Shown in pieces: positions 1-11,421 of a stretch of 64,000 nucleotides of DNA. How positions within the stretch are numbered: the first letter of the stretch is position 1; every line of letters starts with the position of its first letter. The notes below the pieces were generated by a model that saw only the letters and a program-made list of their open reading frames with translations, did no database searches and was not told the origin of the DNA. A program made the position numbers and the translations under genes. The stretch comes from Marsupella aquatica (Eukaryota; Plantae; Marchantiophyta). The stretch covers positions 20,347,292 through 20,411,291 of the forward strand of contig OZ316898.1 in the NCBI GenBank assembly GCA_973895155.1, given 5' to 3'.

Positions 1-1216
1 TGAGCGGGTGTGCTACTATGACATTGGAGCGTCGTCTTCGTTTTCTACTCTGCAACCAGTGAGGCAGTACGCAGAACATGAGGTGTGTCTTTGGCTTGCT
101 TTGACTGTGATACCAGTCCCGCTCAAGAAAGGTTTGGAAGGGTGATCTTCACAGGTTGATATGCCTGGGTTGATAGCCTTGGAACTCGTTGTACAAACTT
201 GTTGAAAATGGGTATGATTTCTGTGGAAGTAATGTTTGCATGATCGTGGAATATTACTCAAATTTTTATTATCCTTGTATATTGTGGACGTTTAGAGCAT
301 TCGCTAATGTGTTTACGGTGTGTGGCTGCAGGACTTGATTACATGTGTATGTTTGTTCCCTCCAAATCCTCACTTGTTCATGTCCGGCTCAAGAGATTTC
401 ACTGTTCGTGTATGGGATCGACGGGTTGAGCGATGTGTTGGTGAGCAATTCAATTACTTAATTTATTAGATATTCAAGTGGAGCTCTGCTTCTAGAAGCT
501 GGCTTCAATATTCTTATGGCCGTCTTGATAGCATTTGGTACAACCACAAAATTCTAGGGCGCCTGTATTCTTGCAAATGGGTTTATGGAGAGGTGCGTTG
601 CAGCAATCACCTGACGGATGCATGCATACGTTGCAGGCATGTTTGGCACTGTTGGCAAAACTGGTAGGTTGCAGGCACACGATGCTATGATTACCTGCCT
701 GGATGCTAGCGACACTAATATGATTCTTTCTGCGGGAATGGACACCCGGATTCTTCGCTGGGATTTCCGGACTTTGACTAACCAGGTGCCCACTCGTGTT
801 TTTTCTCGATTTGTATCGTCTGCTTGCCATTAATGTATTTGTCTTCTAACAAGCAGTCTATTATCTTCGATTCCAGTTTAAACTAGAGGTCCTTATGATG
901 AAGGGTTGCTGATGTTCAAAAGTCAATGATTGCCCTGTTGCAGGGAGGGGCTGGACCTGTTTCAACACTTCAGCTAGATGATAGTGCAGTGCTCAAAGTA
1001 GCATTGGGTGGCAGCCCCAGTACAGCAGCTGTAAGCACACTCCGTGGTCTCTATTTAGTGGACTTTGGCAGTTCCCGACCTACGGCTCGATCCTCTGAGC
1101 CATTCAAAGATGGGCGACGTATCGGTCGGTACCATGATTTGAAGTGGGCAGGTGGGAGGAATATCCTCTATGCTGCAGGAGACGATATGCGCATTGATGT
1201 TTATTCACTGCGATAA
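1..1216 (+). CDS. WD40-repeat protein, 3' part (5' end outside window)
   Basis: GT-AG exons <1-82, 332-440, 637-785, 944-1216 join in frame. They give WD40 blades HEDLITCVCLFPPNPHLFMSGSRDFTVRVWD, AHDAMITCLDASDTNMILSAGMDTRILRWD and YHDLKW...YAAGDDMRIDVY; stop TAA at 1214-1216. Confidence 0.88.
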
Positions 1217-1833
1217 TTGATGCCATACATTCTGGTCGAAAAGTGTGTTGTTTCAAAGCTTTTTCAGAGTCCACGTGACGTTGCTCAACTCAACTTTCAA
1301 GGTCATATGGAGTCAAATGTTACGACACTACACCCTGGGCTTTCTGCTGTTGACTGACCACTCCCAAGTTTGCGGGCCGTGAAATACATGAATTACTGAA
1401 AGGAGCCTCTTGGGCCTGAAATATGCATTTCGCAAGGTTAACCTTGCCTGAAGCGGGAGTTGGGCACTTTCAAACTGGAACAGGTGTTGCAGTTACTTCT
1501 GAGATGCTCCCTGTAGCAGGCGATATTATTCATGACCATAGCAAGAAGGCAAGTTGGAGGGCTTTACTTGGAAAGTATCTAGCGCAGTGCCTCAAATTAA
1601 ATGTACAATTTCCAGGCCTGGGGCTTTTAGTGCGTATCGTGAGTTTAAACTGTGCAGAACCGTCAGCCATTTCTGAACAAAGTGATCTTTAAAGTGTGGA
1701 GTTTCAGGTTCTTGCACAGGAGCCTACGAGCCATCTAAGTGGCAGTGCTTGCGACCTCTTGAGATCTACCGCAGACCTCAGGATGCAGGTCTCTGAAGTG
1801 GTACGGGATATCCAGCTTTTAGTAGATGGCACT

Positions 1834-1956
1834 TTCGTTGCCAATGAAGGGCAGCAATGTTTGTGAGGAACTCTGTTCATTAGACATCTGTTGTTCGTTG
1901 CCAAAGAAGGGCAACAATGTTTGTGAGGAACTCTGTTCATTAGACATCTGTTGTTC
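1834..1956. repeat. Tandem duplication, 60-bp unit x2
   Basis: ttcgttgccaa(t/a)gaagggca(g/a)caatgtttgtgaggaactctgttcattagacatctgttg at 1834 and 1894; two mismatches. Confidence 0.95.
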
Positions 1957-2787
1957 CACATCGAATATGTGTAGCCTAGTATATAAGACAATGCATATCA
2001 AATGTAGTCAGCAGGCACAAGCATTCCTGCACGGTCTAGAGGAGAATCTCCACGGACCGTCAATTTTGTTTTCTGAATAAATATTTATGAACTGTTTGGG
2101 CTATAGGGACTTTTGGCAGGATGTACACTACAGTAGGTCATGTATTAGTTAGAGCAGACCACTAGCTATTAGTAGATGAACGGGCTTCTGCTTGAACGAA
2201 GTTGACTCGATATTTAATATTTATCATTTCCCAGCAGGCATTCTGCCTAGCACACCATATGTGGCTGCTTATTAACTTATACGTTGAAGTTGACAGTAAG
2301 TTCCTGTAGCACTATCTACAGACGTTTGGAATTCCATCTGTGACAATCTTTGATCATCTGGAACTCCATGAGAAATAATATCAGGATCATGACGTTTGTA
2401 ACGGAAACCATTTGTAGATCTCTGCACCAAAGTAAGGACTTACTTGGGAGCTTTGAACAAGCAGGATTCGTAAGCTTATTAACATTCTGGCCTTCTATGC
2501 ATCTACCTTTCTTCTACCATGCTTACCATGAGCGCATGGATGGTATTCGTGCTTTGTATAACAGTACAAGCCTGGCTCCCGGTTTCTCAGTACATTACTG
2601 TTGTGGTCCAATTCAATAAATATGACAAGATAAGCCCTGCAAATAGTTGTCATTTTAGTGCGAAATTGTTGACATCAGTAATGTGGTCATGCAAAGTGTT
2701 ATCACTGTTGAGGTGGTCATGTTGTCATGCAGAAGTGTTGTGATTCTCAAAGTTGTGGCAGAAATGTTCTCATTACAGGCAGTGCAG

Positions 2788-2947
2788 TTGTGGTAGCAGT
2801 GTTGTCAGTCCGGACACAAGAGGTGGGGCCGATTCAGGGTCAATTTTAGATGATCAGAAGTTAAAATGGTTGTTGTAGCAGTGTTGTCAGTCCGGACACA
2901 AGTGGTGGGGCAATCCATGGTCGACTTTAGATGATCAAAGGTTAAAA
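2788..2947. repeat. Diverged tandem duplication, ~82-bp unit x2
   Basis: gtagcagtgttgtcagtccggacacaag...tttagatgatca.a.gttaaaa at 2793 and 2875. Confidence 0.9.
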
Positions 2948-3560
2948 GAAAAGCTGTAGAAATCCAACGGCCACAGGACCATGTGAGCGAGTGAATGGGA
3001 TTGCTTATTATGGTAATTAGATTACATAGGGTAAAATCCAAAATTCTGTACCAGGGAAATGGGAGAGATCATTTAAGATAGTAGGCAAAACATAAACAAT
3101 ATAGAACTTACAGGTTAAGAAGAAGAGAACCGATTTACCGAAACTGGGCCTAAAAAAAACAAATAAAATGACATCCACAGTAAAACAAGGTCTCTGGATT
3201 CACAGAATGTGCTGAAATTGTTCGTGGTGAAAAACCATCACATGCGAGAAAGCAGAGAGTTTCTTGGTTTATTTTGAGGAAGACCGTCATATGAAGTACA
3301 ATTTCCAGCCTTCAACGAGAGCTCAAACCAAAGAAGTTTGACACGACTACTCAGCAAGAAAACGTAGCAGGACCATCCCACAAGCCAACCTTGGAACTCA
3401 ATGAGCTCAAAATATTCATGAGCAAAGCCCCTCTTTAGCAACCCCATCATTGAGCTATGCAAGAGCTGGATTGATTTTCCTTCGACTCCTCCTTCTGTAC
3501 GTCCAACCCACCACCGTGTCGCGACAGCCACGGTATAATTTTTGAGTTCTAAGTGTGGCA

Positions 3561-6500
3561 CTATCTGATCGATAATTGCTTTGCTCGCTCATCCTCCAGC
3601 TTGGTCTGAATGAATTCAATGAGAATCAAGTCGTCAGGACGTCTCCATTGAAAAATAATAGGATGCATTAAGTAATCATAGGCCAGCTTATCAAGAGGGA
3701 TCTCCAAACTGGGACAGGTTACAATTGAAACAAACATTGGGTCCTCAATATCTAGTAGCGCCACCCACGAAGATAAATCTGCATAATCTATTGTGAGTAA
3801 ATGCCACTGATAGAGCGTTAAAACTTTAGGAATAAGACAATAAACCTAAAACAAGTGAATCCAGGCTCACCTTGATGACAAGAGTGAACAAAGCTAGTAC
3901 TGAGAGAAGAAGTGCTGCGGAAAACGCCCCTTGAGTATTGTATTCCTGAAACAGCCATGATGAGAAAACCAGTGATTTTCTTTGAGGGCGAGTTGTTCCT
4001 GGTGTTTTGGATCAAAAGCGGTGACAAGCAAGACACTGAAATATATGGACACTCCATCTAGCTATTTTCCCCCTCGCAGACTGAGTAGTGCGTTTGCACC
4101 TTGTAAGCTGCTTCCACGAACAGAGTCAGTGTCTGTGTTTTTCCAACAATGTTCCCAGATATTACAGATACAGCTCCGAATTCTCCCATGGCTCTCTGCA
4201 CATCTCAATCAAGTTAGGGTAGCCACAATCAGGATTTATGCTTTGTAGAGGTGACGCTTTATGGCATACGCTCAACCGATCGATTTCGTTTCAAAGTCTC
4301 CTGTTTACTAGATGCAACATATCGGTAGAGCCTACGGTCAGAACCCTTGGTTAATTGGACAATGATCGACATGCCGAGATAAGTATGGATCAGTGTTGGG
4401 GAGGAAACGCTTTGCATTTAAGAGACTAGTGTTCCAGAAGCCGTCACGAAAACTCAAGGAGCACCCATCTTATATGATATTGCACGCAGGTCAGCTGTAG
4501 GACTACAAGAAAGCGTGAAGAAAAGAATTTGTTAAAGCATTGGAGAGAGAAAGACTATCCCATACGAGTGTTAAGAGCAATCAAAAACTGCTGAGCACGG
4601 AGACCATCACTTACTGCGTTACATAGGGTGACGCCATACAATAACCCTAGCCGTATATTTGGAAAAGTAATCTGAGTGAACACCTGCATTACCATTGCCC
4701 ACAATCCAGTTGTAATTTATATTTGCCAGAAATTCACCAGTCCAATTTGCACTCATACCTCTGGCACAGAAGAAAGAAGCTTAAAAAATCTTTCCCTAGT
4801 ACTTTACTATCTCAGGCATAACTTAGCAGGAAGTGCATGCAGGTGAAGGTAAATTATCCTAACAGCTGTAGTAGGACATAAGTACTCCCTAAAGACTCGA
4901 AATTGTGTAAAACTGTCTTCACACGCGCACCTCTCTAAGTAATAGACCCAGACATTGAGAAATACATTAAGAGCAATATAGACTGCGATAGTCATACGTG
5001 ACTAGTACCTCCCAGTCGCTTGCTCCCATTGTTCGAGCGGCTTCCTCCTCAAAAGGGTCCATTTCCAACATGACCTACGAAAATTCTCCATTTCAATACT
5101 GATGTTCCATACTTTTACAACTGACTTAGGCTCTATTGATGTCTGCAATCCTTCGAGGTACCATCAATTAGACCATTCTAAGTTCGTGCGCACAATCGCT
5201 AGTGTAGTGGTATACAAAATCAGTGAGGAAACATACTGGTATGACTTCCCGCACTACAAATGGAAGGGTCACGAAGCAAGTTGCTAGTATCATGCCTGCA
5301 AAATGTTTCCCAATCATGATGAGAACCGGCGACTTCAACTGCTGTACCACTGACAACGTGCTAACCTAGTGAATAATTTCTGCTTTCGTCTGTTCTTAGT
5401 CAGTGCCTTCACATGAGAACCGAGTTATATTAAATTGTCTCGAGTAGCTCTAGGAAGGAGGACAAAGGTTAATAAATCCTAAAAATAAATTGTAAAAACC
5501 TAAATAAAGCATAGACAGCATTTAAAATAAGGTAGGTACCAGGAAGAGCAAAAACGATTTCAATGTTCCATGCCCGCAACAACGGTGCAAAAATACCCTA
5601 CACATACGAAATAATATGGTAAACCAAGTGTATCATTAGCTGCACAGAACCATTGCATGCTAATGTTTAGTAGCTGCTGCTCATTAACTGATTTATTCAA
5701 CAAAGGACTTTTAACAGTAGGCATCCTACAATGTGGAAAGTCGGCAGCGTAAGGTACCTGACGACCGTACAGAAGCATCAGCATAAGCCCAACCACCACT
5801 GGAGATATACTAAATGGTAGGTCCAAGCAGCTCATCAGAACAGCCTGCAGAAAGGAGGGACACCATTCCCCATAAAAGTTTTTGTAACACGTCTCAAGAG
5901 TTTCCCCTACTAACTTCGGACCTCGGAATAGACTGGCAAAGTAGGACTGACCGCTAGTTCACATTATGAGAGGCAATCTGTTGCCAGGCTTGAATTGATC
6001 ACATGTTTTTATTGCAAGTCTTGTACCTTAAAAGGAAACTCATACCGCGTAACCCAGATTGCGATTACAAGTCCAAAGACTGTGTTGATGGGAACCACTA
6101 TGCCTGCTATAAGACATGTCATCTTCACCTGAACCAAGTATTTCAGCCACAAACAAACCCACGCAGTTGTCTTAAAGCCTCCATAGATGCAACCAAATCC
6201 TCGTTTTCTTCAAAAAGAGCCTCTTTTCACAAAACTGGCACGTTCTCCAGGTCGGGACCTCCAGCTTTGAAAGATTCAGGCGAGAGGAGAGATCGTACAA
6301 ATAAAGCAATCTACTGTGCACCCATTAATTCACGAAATGCAGTGATGAGGATGTACCGCATGCTGAAAATCAGGATCTAGAAGATTCTGGATGAATGGTG
6401 ATACCCCGTTAGAAAAGGCCTGCATGTACGGCAAAATATCACGAAGCAGAGGTAATGCCTTAGTATACCTTCCCACCAATACCCACATGGCCAAGCCTAG

Positions 6501-8224
6501 ATAGAGAGGTGCATTTTGAAAATTGAGGAAGACAAACGTGACCAAAGCTTGACTACAAGATGAGAGGTAGAATTATTGGGACAAAAGTAGAAAGAAAACC
6601 TGAACGAAGACGTTGATGAATGGAATAATGACTAGAATGGTCATATATGCAACTGCAATAAAGATTAAAAAAAATTGTCCCGGTTTTGTTGGCTGCAATC
6701 ATAACCACAAAAGCTTTGAAGAACGTCAGAGTTCAGTTAGATCTAGGTTTTCCTTACAGCATATAATATAGCCTCTCTATTTTGCACACGAGGATGTCAT
6801 AGCCTAAGGTAATGCTCATCTCACCAAAAAAATGAAGCGGATCAATACGGCCACAGCATGGTACATTTGCACGGCCACTCCAAGACACCAGATTCTTCCC
6901 TAACAATTTGTGGCCAGTATCTTGCTTCAAAGAATTGCGCAGGCTCCACGGACCCACTTTACTCTGCCTCGAGCAAGATGGTGGCTACGAATTTGCAGGT
7001 AAAACTCTGGTTTCTCAGATTCTTCCCCACAAATTCGAGGCCACTATATTGCTTCAAAGAATTATGCACCGTGCTCACGAGACTGGACCTCCCTCCTCTG
7101 CCTCCAGCAAGATGGTGGCTACGAATTTGCGGAAAATTCCTTTCCCAGAGGATTCGGTTTAACCTTACTTCGAATACTTGTGCAGAGAGCCAAGGACATA
7201 CTCTCGCTCTCTCGCTCTCTCTCTCCTTCCTCCGACAAGGTGGTGGCAACAAATTTGCACGAAAAATCTAATTTTTCAGATGTTTAAATGTCCGGATCTA
7301 TCCCTGGAAAGTGCAGCGGGTGTCTTGCTTCGAAGGCTTCTACACAGTCCTGACGAGATCCTCACTTCGTCCACCTCCAGGAAGATAGCGGCCTTGAGTT
7401 TGCAAGCAAAAATGTGGGTGCCATACTCTTCCTTCAAATTGCAGCCATCATCCGACTCCGAAATCCCCCCTCGTACTTTGATGTTTTGTGCATCATGCCT
7501 ACGAAATCCTCCCTCCTCTCCAAACAGATGCTGGCTGTAAATTTGAAGTGAAAGTCTGGTATCCGAACTGGGGCTTCATCTTGCTTGGAAATGAGGGAAC
7601 AGTTGCAAAGGCTGTCTCTCTCCTTCGCCTCAAGCGAGATAGTGGTTACAAACTCGTAGGGAAGAATATGATGTCGACATGCAAAGAACTGTGGCGCAGT
7701 TACAATTATACAGAAAAAAAACCTCCTCGGAAGTATGATAAATAAGACCCAATGATAGTCTTCATAGCCCAGATTGGTAAAAGGGAGGGAGACAAAAAGC
7801 TCAGACGTGAGCAAAACCAATAGATAGAAGTCAGAGTGAACGGAGCACTGACCTTAACGCCACCTGAGACAGACTTTCTAATGCCCTTTCCAGCAGTGCC
7901 GGCAGCTCTGGCCAGCCCACACCCTTTCCTCCTCTTCTCCTCCATTGCTCTGTCTTTCCCGGCAGCTACCCAGGCTTCCCTACTGAAAGCACTCGTGTTC
8001 CAGAACGACGACCCCAATGGCCTTTCACGCTCTAAGTACCCTCCCGTTGCAGAAGCGTAGGAGCGAGATGCTGACGAAACCAGCTGTGGACAGCACGAGC
8101 CCATCGGGTTGAAAACTTCATGGGTTATGGCAGCATGGACTCCTCTTCCTCTGGCTGGATTGTATGGAGCCGATTTAAGAGCTGCACTACCCAGGGCAAT
8201 GGATGCCCCCAGCTGCCCTGCCAT
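3561..8224 (-). CDS. cysW: Sulfate ABC transporter permease, CysW/SULP2-type, with predicted plastid transit peptide (~394 aa, 12 exons)
   Basis: Minus-strand exons 8224-7853, 6692-6600, 6419-6357, 6128-6027, 5844-5758, 5597-5540, 5295-5237, 5074-5009, 4683-4615, 4195-4100, 3945-3871, 3605-3561; all GT-AG and phase-compatible. Motifs: VPINTVFG, LDLPFSISPVVVG, FVTLPFVVREVIP, EAA loop [50 protein letters not shown]. These fit CysW rather than CysT (DLPFALPT/RALGEYG). Exon 1 is Ser/Ala/Gly/Arg-rich. Confidence 0.95.
6885..7670. repeat. Degenerate ~110-145-bp repeat, ~6 units, inside cysW intron 1
   Basis: Core cagcaagatggtggctacgaatttgc or variants at ~6971, 7105, 7233, 7378, 7520, 7631; the first two units also share agattcttccc...ttgcttcaaagaatt. 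Confidence 0.7.
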
Positions 8225-10752
8225 ATTGGACGTATGTGGCAAGCACAACAAACTCAAAACTGCGGACTGCAGCTCCTGAGGCTTCTCCTGAGGACCTCAC
8301 AGAGTGACCTTATGGCAAACTGATGTTCTGTTTCCAGGTTCTGCAGCCATCAAGGTTCTACAGCCATGCTTAATTCGGCTGGCAAATTTCACGTTCTCAT
8401 CCATGTCTCTCACAACATGGCGAACGATCGTTCCAATCCTTGAAGCTCTAACCTGGATTACTGAATGTGAAAGCACTCTTCCTCTGCTACCACCTTCTGA
8501 CCTTCAACATCAATGAAAAGACCAGATGACAATCTGAGACTAGAGGTGCACTGAACTAGATGAGCTGACCGAGCACAACTTGTGTAAGCTTGTCTCTACG
8601 GTACATCTACGGTTAGTGGCTCGCTATAGCTGGTGACTGGGTCTACTATCTTGTGGGTAAAATGAGGAGAAGGCAGATTTTCAGTCGTAGGAGTCTTTTG
8701 GACTTGGGGGACCACAGGGCTCATGGTGCACATCTTTTTTGTCTTGAAACGAAATGATCTTCGAAGACCGTTCGACCTGTATCCCTATATATTCCTGAAC
8801 CTGACCATAATACGCTGGACAACCGTACCCGTGGAGACACACCATATCCAATGAGGTTCCAAGGACTTCACCTCGTTCACTCAATCACTAGTCACTTTAC
8901 TGTGGAGGGGACTGAACCTTGCGGGAGCATAATTCATTCAATGGGACATATCCCTGAGGCACCAAAGGATCTTGATGTGTAGAACTCTGCTTCTCAGTAT
9001 TTGTTGCAAACACCATACACATCCCACTTAAAACAGTTCCAAGAATTTCTCTAAGGAGAATATCTACTGAATTTGTTTTTCGGGGAGTGTTATGAGGGTT
9101 GTGATGTGAGGGTATTCCAAAATTCATTATTGAAAATCTTCTTGCCCCTCTGTCCAGCATGAGGTTGAATTTGACTGAACTATGATCAATTAAATGAATT
9201 ACTCATGATGTTTCCTCATTTCATTGCTAATTTGTTCTATAAATAAGAATTGCATAAGACCTTAGGGCCAACTCGCATGTAGACACTCCTTCACAATGCG
9301 GCCCTTACCTCATGCGCCACTTCAGGGAAAAGTGTGATCTGCTATACCAATCAGAGAAACCAGTACAAGGTCATGGTTATCATTCTGTCAGCGACAGTCC
9401 AGGACGTGCTATGTATAGAAGCTTGAGGATTGTTTTATTAGCAAAGTAGAGGTCAGGACCTGCAAGGGCCGGAAAGTTTCCGGACCTTGCCCTTGGGCCC
9501 CCACCAGACCTGCAGTCAGGCCTGCCGAAGGAGGGGCTTACGGGATTGCACAATTATCAATTCTTATCACGACATGTTGCAGTCTAAGGGCCGCATTGTG
9601 AAGGACTCTCGACATGCGAGTTGGCCCTTAGTCAAAAAACAAAACAAAAAAGTGAAGTAGGCTGCTTCCCCTTCGAAAGAAAACAACTTTAACAGATGTT
9701 TGGATGGACCAAGCATATTTTGAAATCCAAAAAGCATCCATTCAAAGGAAAGGTGTTTTTTGAGTAAATCTAATGTTTCAGAAATGCTCCACACATATTT
9801 TGCAGGTCCAATGAAGCATATTGACAAGAATTGTGGTCTACATGAGCTGTAGGTTCCAGAGTCATAAGCTTGGATTGGATATCCATCCAAAGTTCTGAGC
9901 TAGAATTCCCAGGAGCCTCCACTTAGCTTGCCACTTAGACCCATTTGCATGCAGAGCAACCCTTTCTTTTGAGGTCCTGAGTTCTCCCTAATTTGTTGCG
10001 GATTGGTGTAACTGGGCTCAACTTTAGTGGCCCTGCCTCGTTTTTTCTTAGTTAGATTTTACATGTCATGAACTCAAGTGCAAGATAGGTAGATCAGGCC
10101 CTTGCCTGTGGTCCAGAATATATGCCATTGTCTGATGTGGGGATTGAGGCATAAAACTCTAGGTCAATATTTGAATTGCCTATGAGGAGATTGTAACATA
10201 AAACTCTCAGTCAATATTTGAATGTCATCCTTTAAATCAAGGGCCTGAAAACAGCATAAAACTCTCAGCCAATTAATATTTGAATGCCATCCTTCTCTCT
10301 TCCGCAGGATAAGCCCTCAGAAAGTCTGGCACTGGTCAAGGGCCACATTAGGGACATTGAGCTTGTTCCGCACAAGAGAGAAATGGCCCTCAAAAAGTCT
10401 AGCGCTGGTCCACATTACTAGCACTGAGCTTATCCAGTGGAAGAGAGAAATGAATCCATATTTGAGATCCCCTATAATTGGGTTTTTGGCCTTTGGGATC
10501 ATGAGAGAAATAGGGAGTCTCAAAGCTAACAATTTGATGTAACTTAACTCCCTAGTTATGGGTTATGGACACAAAAAGTTATGGACTACATAATTCATAG
10601 TCTATAACATTTTTGCCATAAGGATTTGGTCTTATGCCATAACCATTAGTCACTGCTGGTGAAATAAAAAACCAAAAATCTTGTCTTGTGTGAAAAAGTT
10701 ATGACTTATTCTGTTTGACCACCCGAATTTCCAAGATTTGAGAGGGGCTTAA

Positions 10753-10945
10753 GACTCCCTAATGCATACATATTTGAGATCCCCTCTAATTGGTTATTTT
10801 GCATTTGGGATGATGAGACTCCCTAATGGATACATATTTGAGATCCCCTCTCATTGGTCTTCTTGCATTTGGGATGATGAGACTCCCTAATGGATACATA
10901 TTTGAGATCCCCTATAACTGTTTTTTTTTTGCATTTGGGATGATG
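10753..10945. repeat. 64-bp tandem repeat x3 (related copy at ~10450-10505)
   Basis: gactccctaatg.atacatatttgagatcccct...gcatttgggatgatga at 10753, 10817, 10881. Confidence 0.93.
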
Positions 10946-11421
10946 TTTTTGTTCTTTTGCAGTTATATATATATACTCCAGATAGCAAATCCGTAACCAA
11001 GACGAGTATCCCCGCCAGCTGGACTCTGATTGGGCTCGCCCATGGAGACTGCGAGCTGGGTGATCGAGAGAAATCTCCATGCACAAACACTGGACACTTT
11101 CCACTTCGCACCCTCTTTGATGACCATGCTGCTGCCCAAGGGGACGGGACGGCTGCCGATTGAGCCCACCAACGTGAATTGCGCAGCTCCGGCCTCGCTC
11201 TCTGTGGATGCCACCACTGCCATCGCCAAAATGCTTCTCTTCTGATTTCTGTCGTTCCTAGACCGGCGGAGGAGGATTGGAGTGAAGGCCACCTTCAATG
11301 TCCCACCCAACACTTGAGAGACGCTCTCATGGGGAGCAATTACTGAGTTTCCCGGAAATCCAATCGTCCTTGTTCGGAATTGCTCCCCGCACGGGTTGAA
11401 TGAGTGGCTGATTTGCTAGTC

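Noticed and set aside
3238-3764. Two consecutive minus-strand ORFs resembling a LINE relic
   Set aside because: Explained by the last cysW exon (3605-3561) plus intron and 3' UTR.
3561-8224. Bacterial contamination or recent horizontal transfer as the source of cysW
   Set aside because: Eleven spliceosomal introns and a transit-peptide-like exon indicate a long-resident nuclear gene.
10963-11313. Minus-strand 116-aa ORF divergent from the 11422 gene
   Set aside because: No recognisable domain and no downstream exons could be linked; probably promoter or leader sequence.
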